From: Podarcis vaucheri
Taxonomy: Eukaryota
Length of the DNA: 64,000 nt
Assembly (NCBI GenBank): GCA_965113315.1
Contig: OZ220363.1
Direction: 5' to 3' (one strand)
Made by a program: the position numbers and the translations under genes. Shown one piece after another: positions 47,601 to 59,600 of the stretch; positions within the stretch are counted from its first letter, which is position 1; each line of letters opens with the position of its first letter. The notes under the pieces were generated by a model. It ran no database searches, was not told where the DNA came from, and saw only the letters and a program-made list of their open reading frames with translations.

Positions 47601-50600
47601 TCTCGTATGTTACTGTAGCCTGGCCACCAGAGGGCAACTTGGCACCATCTGTGTCAAACTGCAGGCATTGCATTTTGTAGGTCATTCAACCTGCTCCTGC
47701 CCCAAACACACCCAAGATTCAGAAGAAGACTTCCAGTGCTTTATTCAGCCAGGCCTTCCGCTTTGCAATACTTCCAGTGTGCAGTAATTAAGCCAGGCAG
47801 ACACTCCCGTTAGATTAGATGGTGAGATTTCAAGGACACCAAATTCTGACATGGCACAACTGAGCTACCACACACCCAAGCTGAACACACTCAAGATCTG
47901 CTTAGGAGCAAATGACTGCAAATGCCTCTGGAGGTCTCACATTTCATGCAGGGTGCTGGCTTGACTCCCCAAGATCCCTTCTAAATAGAAAAGCAAGACC
48001 TGCACTGCAAACTTGGCTCAGCCATGAGATTCCCAACCTGTCCCAGTCACCCCCTCTTAAGAGACACCCTGTACCCTGGAAAGTGTGACTGAAGCAATAG
48101 AAGGTGGGAGGGAGGAGAGAGAGAGAAATGTGGCCAGGTGAAGGTGGGGAAGGGATAAGAGAGTGGTAGAAAAGGTCTCAGGACTGCTTTTAACATCCTC
48201 AAGGAAAGCAGAAGTCCCTTTCATCATGGTGCTACAAGGACAAAATGGTTACAGGGGTCTGTAGCATCAGGATACCTTTTTTCACAAACTATTCACATGG
48301 CATGAATGGATGCAAGGTCTGCAACATGCAGGAAAACAGATGCTTCCACTGCCTTAAAGGAACAGAATCCTTGGCTCCTCATGGAAATGTAGTCCCTCTA
48401 ACACTTGGTTTTCCTGTTAATGGATGTATTTGGGGCCTATATAACTCAGTATACAAGCACAGGAGACAGGACAAGATTCGATACCAAGAGCACTTCAACT
48501 GTTACAATAATAATTTAAAAAGCTTTCAGGTCCTCACAGCCATGGAAGGAGCTTAAACAGTGTCCAAGAAAGGTTTTTAGGTAAAGATGGAGATGGCCAA
48601 GGATCCCCCAACCCTGAAATCAGCCTCACAGATTTAATGTTCTGGGTGGCTCCACATTCCTTTAAAACATTCTTACTGCTGGAAATAGAATTGCACAGGG
48701 AGGACCCAGGAAGTCTCACCAGGAACCGATCTCCCACTTTGGGAGCAGAGTTGTGTGGCTGGTTAAGCTGTGCTCCATCTCTCCATTCTGTAAAGCATGC
48801 AAAGCTTCCCCGCGCCCCATTTAAAATGCAGCAACCTGGATCAGCGCCCTCAACACCAAGTCCGTGGGTGCTTATCTATATCCATATGCAATGCATAGTT
48901 CTAAAAGCAAGTAAGCCCACACTGTTGATACCCAAACCAAACGTGCACAAAGAAAGCAATGTCAAGATTACCCAACTTTACCCCTAAAAAAAAAAATCTA
49001 TCCTGTACACCCGCACACCAAGATGATGAAGAAGGAGAATATTATTATTATTCATCTGAGACCAAACCCAAGACTTGTTTTTCTTTTGCCAAACTACCCC
49101 ACTGCTTTGCAACCCGAAAGGAGACAATAAGATGTGCATCTTCGCAGACTCCTTCAGAAATGGGGTCCAGCGGAAACCCCCAGCCCACCCTGCTTTCAGG
49201 GTGTAAACACACACAGTGCATCTCCAACACCTGTCATTTGTGCCCACGCAGATGCACTGCCAAGGACGTATACTTAAGGCCTCCTCCACCCACTGTCTGG
49301 AGTGGTTTTGCACACATGAATGTTGGGCCTAATGGGAAGAGCTCTTTCCTTTGCAGCTTCCTCGCTGAATCAACTTAGGGGGAGCCCTGCTTAGTAGCAA
49401 AGCGTAGACTTCACACTAGTGGTCTGGTCCAGGACTGGGGAGCCTCTCAAGGGACAAGGAATTATATCTGCATAGTGGAGCTGTCATGCTTTACACATAT
49501 ACGGTCTCTCGAGATCAGGCTCTGGCGCCTGTGGTTAAGGGGGGGGAAAGGAAGTGGGTAGCAGCAGCAACATTGGGAGAGATGTTTGTGCAAGACCAAT
49601 TAGAGTTGGTGATGGACAACACCAGAGTAGCTGGGAAACCAGCCCAAGTCAGAGGAAGGCACTTCTTCATAACCTCAGCATACTGCCTGATACCCATATC
49701 CAAGCCTTGGCCAGGAGTGGGATCCTGACAGAGTTTTCCCAAAGCTGGAATGGAGGAAGCAAGTGGTCCCATGGGGTGAAAGAGGCAACCGAGGAGTGTG
49801 TGGCTCCAAGGAATGTCACCTTAAATCATGGGGAGGGCAGAAAGCATAGCCTTCATTTTCATCTTCAAATATTCAAGCAGACATTCCGGGGGGTGGAACT
49901 GCTTGTATGATCAAATTTCCATGTTTTTAAGACACAGGTGGGAAACCTGCAAAACGCATGCAGCACTTCCCACCCAAAAAAGTGGAGAGAGAAAGAGACA
50001 ATAGGAAGAGAGGGAGAGAGAGAGAAAGAAAGCATTCTCTCCGCTGCTAGTATTCAGCTCCTAACTACTTTCCCACCGAATAAATGTGTTCCTCTGCTCT
50101 GAAAATGTTGCTCTGCCCAGCTAATAAGAAGCCAATTCCCTAGTCATGGTTTGCTCTGATTCAAAGTTAAATGCCTGAATGAGAGTGGACAGGTTTCAAG
50201 ATTCACCTGCTCTTTAAGCAGAGATGGCAATAATCCAGAAAGCAACTAGGTTTTAGTCAGCGAACACTGCAGCTTTGGAAAGGCAGAACCCCTACTTTCA
50301 TTGGTTTTAAACAGATTGGTTGCTGAAAAATTTATTTTCCTCCACATTGTTTTAAAGTGATTTGTGATTCAACACTGTTGCTTGGGTTTTATTTTGTTGT
50401 TTCTATTATTATGTGTGCTTTAAAAAAAATCCTGTAAGCTGCCTCAGAGAACTCTGATTATTGGGTGGCCTATAAATTGCAAACACAAATTAGGGGGGAC
50501 AACCCATCCCTTATCAGGCAACATGATTTCAGATTCCATATCCATATCTGTAGCAAACATATTCTTGTCAAGCTGGCTTGTGGTTAAATGTTCTTGCTGC

Positions 50601-53600
50601 ATCTCATGTCACATTTTTAAAAAACACCAAGACCATAGTTGAAGTCACATTTGCAGGGCATGATGCACATATTGTGAAACTTATGTTCAAGCAAGACAAA
50701 TTTGAGTTAGCCCACTTATTTAGCTGTAATGAGAGCTGAAAGGGTGACTTCTGACTCCTTAATGCAGGCATAGGCAAACTCGGCCCTCCAGATGTTTTTG
50801 GGACTACAACTCCCATCATCCCTGACCACTGGTCCTGTTAGCTAGGGATGATGGGAGTTGTAGTCCCAAAACATCTGGAGGGCTACCGAGTTTGCCTATG
50901 CCTGCCTTAATGCCTCACTTCCATTTTTTCAGCATTTTAAAGCCTGTATTCTATGAGGAAGCTGCTGTTTTTTATTTTTGTTTAAAAGTGCATTAAGCTT
51001 TTGCTTTCATAGATTCTCACAAGCGATTCCTCAGGAGCTGCATGATGCCCAGTTCCAAAGTACTGATTCAGACGGGTGGTTTTCAGCGTATATTTTGTAG
51101 GAAACCCATCAAGGAAATTTGCTATGGCAAGCAATGAAGCTTCCATCTAAGGCGGGGCCTCCCATTACCTCCCTTTCTTGTATGGCCATTGTTGCATGGG
51201 GTTCATTCAACAGTGAACATTCAGAACAATAGCACAGCCTGAAAGGCCTGGCCAGTGGCCTACATAAACAGAGAAGGCACCCTAATATCCACTGAAACAC
51301 AAAAGGACAGGCAAATACCAGCTCCTTATCAGACACGTCAGTGTGGAAATAAGTCCCTGAAGGAAGGAAGTTTGAAGACCACTGTGCACCAGACTGCAAG
51401 TGTCCAAGCTGCCTTCTGGAGGCAAAGCGCCGTTGACTTGGCAGTTGCTTTCCAGCTTGAAAACGTGTTCATACAAGACAGTCGCATAGCTCTGGGTTAT
51501 TTTTGAAACCACAAATACTGTTCCCTACATGCCCTAATCTCTTAGATCACAGAGCATACAAGAGACACTCGTCCAAGCTTTAACCCCTCCCTTCTCACTG
51601 CAAGGGATTCAAACTGGGGCTCTTCAAAAGGCAACACTTGGGCCTAGCAGCTGTTCTGGGAAACTTCATCAAAACCGTCATATCGTCTCAAAGCAGCAAA
51701 CCAACCCGTACAGACTTTCCGTGTGAAAATACGAGAGCACAGGGTGGGGGGGTGGGGGAATCAATCCTCTACAGTGGCTTACTGTCAGACCACATCACCT
51801 CCTGGTGTTTTTCGTGCATGCCTCAGAAGTTTAGCAGAATGCTTGCAAGTGGGTCTCCTGACCTTCATGGCAGATTACTGAGCTAGAGGACACTGAACAT
51901 ACTAAAAGGCTGTTGAGGCCTTTCTTCACAAGGGCAAGCTGCCAAGTCACAATGGTTTTTTTAAAAAAAGTAGTAAAGTTCAGTTCCTTACTCAGAACAA
52001 GTAAAGATGTTATCTGGCTAGTTACCATCATAGGAAAGAGAATGGACAACAGACACGCACACACAGCTCAACACAGGAGGTGGCAGCACAAGGAGAGAGC
52101 TCAGTTGGTAAAGCATGAGACACTTACCGTATTTTTCGCCCTATAGGACACACTTTTCCCCCTCCAAAAATGAAGGGGAAATGTGTGTGCGTCCTGTGGG
52201 GCGAATGAAGGCTTTCGCTGAAGCCTGGAGAGCGAGGGGAGTCGGTGCGCACCAACCCCTCTCGCTCTCCAGGCTTCAGGAAGCTGTCCGCTAGCCGTGG
52301 GAGACCCAGCTCTCAAAGTCACGCGGCTCTCCCACGGCTAGCGGAGAGCTTGCCGGCACCCAGAAGCTTGGGGCGAGCTGAGCTCAGCACGCCCCAAGCT
52401 TCGGGCTTCGCGCAGCGCTCCGCTAGCCGTGGGGCGCTTCCCCTGCCCCAGGCCCGCACCTGGGGGGGGAATAATTTTCTTTTTCTTTATTCCCCCCCCA
52501 AAAAAAACCTAGGTGCATCCTATGGGGCGAAAAATACAGTAATCTCAGGGTTGTGGGTTTGAGTCCCATGTTGGGCAAAAGATTCCTGCATTGCAGGGGG
52601 TTGGACTAGATGACGGGGTATAAATAATAAATTTTATTATTATTACTACTATTATTATTATTATTATTATTATTACTACTACTACTACCACCACTACTAC
52701 TACCCTCGTAACCACTTTCAACTCTACAATTCCATGGATTCCACAGAGCCAGTGTAGCAGAGTGGTTAAAGTACTGGACTAGAACCTAGGAGACCAGGGT
52801 TCAAATCCACAATCAGTGTTGAAGCTCAATGAACATACCTTTGCTCAGGCACTCTCTCAGACTAACCTACCTCACATGGTTGTCATGAGGATAAAGATGT
52901 GGAAAGGGGGAAAAAACCATGTATATATACCACCTTGAGCTTCTCGAAGGAAAGGTGGAAAAAATAATAAATATAAATAATAAATAGTTTATTCAACCTT
53001 TATTTGCTTGCACAAAGCACAGCAATTTCAGAACTGGCAGTCAAACTCCACGCTTGGAAATTCTACTGGAGCAGCTTTTATGCATCAATGTTAACTGTGC
53101 AGGTCACAGGTCAGAACAATACAGCACAGGAAGGAGCCGCTTTTCTATAATCATGTGAGCAAGTCACTTAATTGTTCACTCCTCTGGCTAAACTTAAGAT
53201 GCCACATGCATTAGCAGCAAAAAAAGCCTGAGGTTATGGGCATTTTAAGCAGTCCTGAGTTTTCAGGCATTATTTTTGTTATTGTTAAATTTGTATCCCG
53301 CCTTTCCACCAAATCATGCTCAAAACAGCATCAAAACATCCCTTTATTGCTCCTGACGAACTCATGAAACAGAAACATTTCCACGGAAAAACAAAACACT
53401 GCACCATCACCACCTGTCCAGCAAGAGCAGTCCAAACTGGGATGGGGTAGGACTGCAGCTACTCTGAAGTAATTTGAGAATCCTCAGGAGATCCTGAACA
53501 CAGATCTCCTATGCGTTCTTGGAGATCTTGTTTATCTGTTGAGAAGCCAAAACTGGATGAAGTTGTCCACTAGGCCCAAGCAGCAGGTTTTGCAGAATTT

Positions 53601-56600
53601 CAGCCTCCCCTAACCCACCCTGCCCTGATGCGTCCTGGGCAATACATCCATTGTTAACATTCGTGAAGTCAGTCGGGCAAGAGAAGCGATCACTCTGCTC
53701 CATCAAAAACCTGCAGAGTTTAGAAGCTGTGCAGATCAGGCAGAAGACACCACTTCTCCCCTTCTAGGCCTCAGTTCTGCAGCCAAAAGCTACCACAACC
53801 GATTAATGACAAAGTCACCTACTTCAGGGGTTAGTCAAGGTGGTCAAAATTCTTCCTCTCTGACAGCAATGTCAACCAGCAAAGGAGTATTAGACAAGAA
53901 AGTCATTTTACATACCTTTAATCCATGTACTTTAATCTGCAGAATACTGTATACAGTGGAAGGGGGTGAACAGAACTGAAATTGTGCTGAGGATGAATAC
54001 TCTGGGTCAACACTGAGCGAAGGACAGGCAGAGACAGAAACTGACAAGAAGCAGCAGAAGACAGGTAGGAGACCACAGAAGAGGAATGGAAACTATGCCG
54101 TGGAGTTTGCGACTATTCAGCTCCATTTTGCCAAAAGCCTGAACTTTTAACAACCCTCTTTCTATCTGAATAGCTAAGATAAATTATCAACCCTGTGTCT
54201 CCACAACAAATCAGGGTATTTAAGTCTGGGTGGTTGGGATGTGGAGGTTTTTCAATGGAAGCTGATATTCGCAAGATCATACTACACCAAAGCAAGGGGA
54301 CAGGCCTTTACTGTGGGATCAGTGCTTCTCACACACAGAAGTTTTTCGCCGCATCCACATAATGCCGGTGTCATCAGCCTACTATAATCTGAATCTCCAC
54401 CCCATTTACCCTTTCTGGGGGATTTACCCTTTCTGGGTGAAATCAATTTTTAAAAAAATGTTGCCATTGACCTATTTGTAGCCTTAAGCCACCATCTGAA
54501 AACACCCATTTGACTGTAAACCTATGCCACCATTAGGCAAACAAGAAAAGAGAAGGTTAAGTCTGGGGTCCCCCATGCAGCACTTGCAGACATCAGAACA
54601 CACAACTCTTGGTGCCCATCTGGCAACTGCAACCACTACCTACTTTGTTGTTGTTCCTATTTTTTTACATTTCGGCAGCAGCAGCTGCACCGGCTGGAAA
54701 GAGAACTGCCGGCCGCCAGCTGCCCCACCTCTCCCTTTCCATTTCCCAGAACACCTTTGGGTCCCATGTAAGCCCAGAGGCATTCTTCACTGGAAAGGAA
54801 GAAAGATGATGCAGCAGCCTTCTTTTGAAACTTCTCAGGGGAAAAAAGCCACTGCCTGCTAAACCTCTGAGATTGGAGAGTGGGCGGCAGATTCCTTTTT
54901 TTAGGTTGATACAAGAGGAAGCAAGCATGAATGTGTCAACTTTTTAAAAATCCGTTTGAGGGTATTTTGCCTGTTCTTTGAGTGTGTCTCCGAGGGGGGG
55001 TGTATGTGCATGTGTTTTGGGGGGCATGTTGCCCATTTTACATGTTTCTACCCCACCCATCTGGCTGGGTTTCCCCAGCCGCTCTGGACAGCTCCCAACA
55101 GAATATCAAAACATAAGAAAACATCAAACATTAAAAACTTCCCTAAACAGGGCTGCCTTCAGATGTCTTCTAAAAGTCAGATAGTTGTTTATTTCTTGGA
55201 CATCTGATGGGAGGGCGTTCCACAGGGCGGGCGCCACAACCGAAAAGGCCCTCTGTCTGGTTCCCTGTAACCTCACTTCTCGCAGTGAGGGAACCACCAG
55301 AAGGCCCTCAGAGCTGGACCTCAGTGTCCGGGGTGAACAATGTGAGTGGAGACGCTCCTTCAGGTATACTGGGTATTTTGTGGTGACCATGACAGTTTTA
55401 GATTTCCAAATATGGCCCCAGGCCACACACAAAAAACCTGGTAAACCCTAGGTTTATCTATTTATTTAGTAAGATTTATACACCATGCAAGTATTTGAAT
55501 CTTGATACAGAGCCCTGAAGCCCCTGGCTCTACACCTGTGAACCAATCACTGCTACCTGTATGCGCAACAGAAAAATGCTGTTCATACAGTCAGGGTCTT
55601 CTTGGCAATGGAAAGCATGAACCCACAGCTGTGCAACTGCAAGGCTCATTTTCATGCTGCAGTGACAACAGGATTCACTGTCACAACGGGAAGGAATGAA
55701 GAGTACCTCATAATACCGGCATCAGAGATGCCATCTTATTATAGTTAGGCCTTATCTAGCACCTTAGTGAGACTCCTCATACACACACTCAAGAATTCTT
55801 CACAAGAGTCCTGCAGAGCTAGCTTAGTATCATCCCCACATTGAAGGTGGAGGATACTGCAGAGGAGGACTAATGGAGTGGCTTGCTTATGATACGGCAA
55901 GAGGTAACATGTGAATGGGGACTTTTCACCCAGGAAATAGCCATCACGCTGAGCTCTCAATATACTTCCTCTTGAGGCAAAAAAGACCACAAGCGCCACA
56001 AGCTCCTTACAATTATCACCACACATTCAGCGGCACATTTTTGGAAGGTTTACTGAAAAGAACATTTTCAGCCTTTTCCCTTTTAACTGAAGGGACAAAA
56101 GCAGATGAGCAGAGTCCTCTAGAAAAATTCTGCTCATCCCTGAATCCCAAGGCCAAGTCTGTACAACTCTAAATCTCGCTTTAGAGACTGCATTGTCACT
56201 CGGAATGACAGCAGTGTCTCAAAGAGCTATGGTAAAAGCATGTCTTCACCATGTTTCTCAAGAATGGGCGCATGTCCACCCCTCCAGCGCCACTTTAACA
56301 GATTCTATATCATGGCAGAATCATTGCCACCATCTGCCCTAGAATGCCAAGCAGAATGCTCCTACCTGAGTCTCTGGCGGGGGTCGGAGGGAGTCCCAGT
56401 CCGCCTGGCAGTACCATAGTCTGGCATGGTGCCGTAATCGAGGTCATCGTATCCCGTGCTGCGCTGGTCGTCCTCCAACCCGTAAGGCTCTGGGTGGAAG
56501 CGGTTCAAGTCCATGTTGCTTCCCCCTACCCGCACCTGCGGCTGAGGCCCATAGACATCCTGCCGACTGGGGGCCCGGTAGCCGTCCATGGAGGGGCGGT

Positions 56601-59600
56601 AGCGCTCGTCAATGCGCGTCACGCGGGACAGGCTGCCGTAGTTGTGCTCGCTGCCGTGGTAGCTGTCCTCGTACGGCCGGCCGTAGCCGTCTGGGTAGTG
56701 GTAGTTTCGCGGGAGGGTAGCTGTGCCCGGCTGGCTCATGTAGGCCCCAGGGCCGCCGTTGGTGTTTTTCCTGAAGTTCCTATCCATGGTCTGGATGTAG
56801 TTGTTGGGGACTGGAGAGCCATCCACAGGCAGCCCATCAGGGCCAACAGGAACTTGCTGCACTGTGCGCGTGGTCATGGTCTTCACAACCTTCTTCACCT
56901 ACACAACAGTAACGGGAGCTGTTAGGCATCTGCCAGTGCCTTTGACCCCAAAGTAGTCAGTGCCAAGCTGGAGTCACTGATTTCTTTGTGGTATTTCCCC
57001 ATTACTTCCACATGGTCTTGCTCTTTTTACCCTCCGTGGCTCTTGTTCTGGGCCTTCTTTCTAGGCGGCGGGGTAGCTAATGTGGCACCCTCCAGATGCT
57101 GGACTACAACTCCCATCATCCTTTGCCATTAGCCATGATGTAAGCGGGAAGCTCAACACCACATGGTGGTACACCTTTCATAGACCTTTGCAGGTGCTTG
57201 CAAAACTTGTGCACTGCAGGCAAGTTAAGTCCAACCCTAAATGTTTTCTTGCTGAGAGAACTGGCAGAGCTGCAGTTCTCAGAATCCTGCTTCTGGGACA
57301 CTTTGGTTAAGCACAATGCAATATTGCCCATTGGTTAAGCCTGGCTAAGCTATTAGGAGCTGGTGGCAGAATCACATGCTCCCTCCTTCCTGCCCAGCTT
57401 ATATCCTGCTCCTCTGTTAAAATGGTTACCTTGGTGAGTTCTGTCTGCTGTCTACATCACCACCAATAAACATGAATGGCAGTTAGGCTAGACAGGTTGA
57501 ATTCATGCTCCCAGAAATGAGGGAGGGGAGCGAGTGCAATCCTGCAGGCCTCCCTCTACTGGGGAATTAAGTTGCCTTCACTGTGCCTGCATAGACTTTT
57601 GGGGATAACAAACGAAGCAGCGAAAACTACTTTAGATCACTGCATAGAGGCAGCTGCCACTAATGGAAATTTAAAACACCGCTTGTTTGGGTGTTCTAAG
57701 CCCCAGCGGTTCTTTGCTGTCGAGTGCAGCGGTTCTTTGCTGGGTACACACAAGCCTAATCTCTTCCCAACCCAGCTACTAAATAGGGGGCACATTTCAC
57801 AATATCAGAACCTGCAATTCTTCTCAAGCCTCTCACCGTGGTCTCTGTACGGCGAGTTTTCCCATCATCAGAGGTCTCCACCGAAATAACTGACATGGCA
57901 CCCTCGGGATCCTCCTCCATAGTGTAAGTCTCTTCCATAATCTGTCCTGGGTCTTGCATCCTGGGAATGGTGCTGTATATGAGGTGACTGTGGTCCTAAG
58001 GAGACGGAGATACAGATCAGCAGCAGCCCAATTCTGCACACTTCCCATAAGCCAGGCACAACCTGCCAAGTTCCCTTTAATACCCAGTCTCTCTCTCAGG
58101 AAGCGCATACACAAGAAGGGGTTTTTTTCTCTTTAGACATTGCTATTTAAGGCTTTTGAACCCAAGTTCCAGTTCAAACCACAGTAAATTCATGCAACAA
58201 AATAGGACGTCAACCACTGAGTGGCTTTCCATTCAACGCAAGAGTAGGAGAGAAAGTGACTCAGACTTCCTCTCCATGTGCATAACAGTTTCTCAACATT
58301 TTATGGAAGAAAAACGTAGGCCCATCCCACCCACCACAGGCTACAGATTGGAGAACCTCAAAGAATCCAGCCCAAATTTTCACATCAGGTTAGATCCCCT
58401 TGAAAAAAGCAACAACACCTTCAGCAAATTAGTGCCACCTGCCAGAAAGAAGTTTTCAGTTCCGTTCTTTACCTGTGGTCCGTTGAGTTTCAGTTCAGAG
58501 AATTTCTGTCTCTCCAGGTCAGCATTGCCCAAGAAACGGCCGTTCTGTAAAAGAAAGTAGTGGTGCATTTGTATCCAGAATCAGGGAAAATAAGGGGGCA
58601 GAGGAGTGGAAGTCACCTGTGGCAATTGAGCAAGTTCAGCCATGGTGAATTTACGGCTCACCATGAAGTGAAAAAGCTAGAAGGCTAGCCTGGCGCAATT
58701 AGCAAGTAACACAATACATATAGGTTGCACAGTGTTAGGTAGCTCCTTAAGAGGTTTACGCTTCCTCACAGGTGGAGAGAGAAACGGACAAGTTCTCCTG
58801 TCCATCTATGAAACCCTATGCAGGGAGAGAATGCAGCATCCCAGAGAGAACTCAAAAAGACTGCATGCTGCCCCAACCCAAAAGGCACCAAGAGCTCTTA
58901 ACTAAGGGAGCTAACTAAAGCACATGGAAGATCACCTTGGGAAAACAGTTCAGAGACTGGGAAAAGCAGCCCATGGCCACAACAGCTCAGAAGTCTCAAG
59001 TCCCATCTCCATCCTACAAAAAGAACGAGGGTGACCCATCTCAGCAGACCTCTCCCCTCCAGAGTGAAAAGGAATTAAATGAAGGCTCTTCCAAGTAGAG
59101 CACTCAAGTTCAACACCACCTTGCAGACCCCTGCAGCTCTGCTCTTGTGCGCATCCCAGTTTCCATCCTTGTTGGGGCAGAACTTCTGGACTAAACAGGA
59201 CTCAAAATAGCAACCGCAAGCTTAGTAAGTATCCTTTGCCGCTGTCTACTTCCTCAACCCTACCCCGTACAAAACGCAAATAGCAGTAATCGAACAGAAA
59301 GGGAAAGGCAAGATGAGCTTGGCTTAAAAGCCTCAAAAAAAGTCATCTGGGGGTTTTCTCCACATCTACCCGAGACATTTCCTTCATGCTACTTCATCCT
59401 GGCATGTCTAAATTTGAGGGCATTTGAGGGTTGCCATTATGAGTAAGGAGAGGTTCGTTTTACTGTCTGGCTTTCAGCAGTCAGTAATTCTTTGGGTTAT
59501 TGTTCCTTTCGTCCACCTCATCTGTTAAGAGATCTCTTTTTGCCATATACATGACCAGCAGCTAGGGCAAGGAAGTTTTGATTGTTCTACAGCAGCTTAA

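Noticed and set aside
55124-55432. 102-aa ORF as a host gene
   Set aside because: It is a remnant of L2 ORF2.
56344-56925. Long plus-strand ORFs opposite CTNND1 exons (also 60737-61213 and 43940-44428)
   Set aside because: They are antisense shadows of GC-rich coding exons with no independent gene signals.
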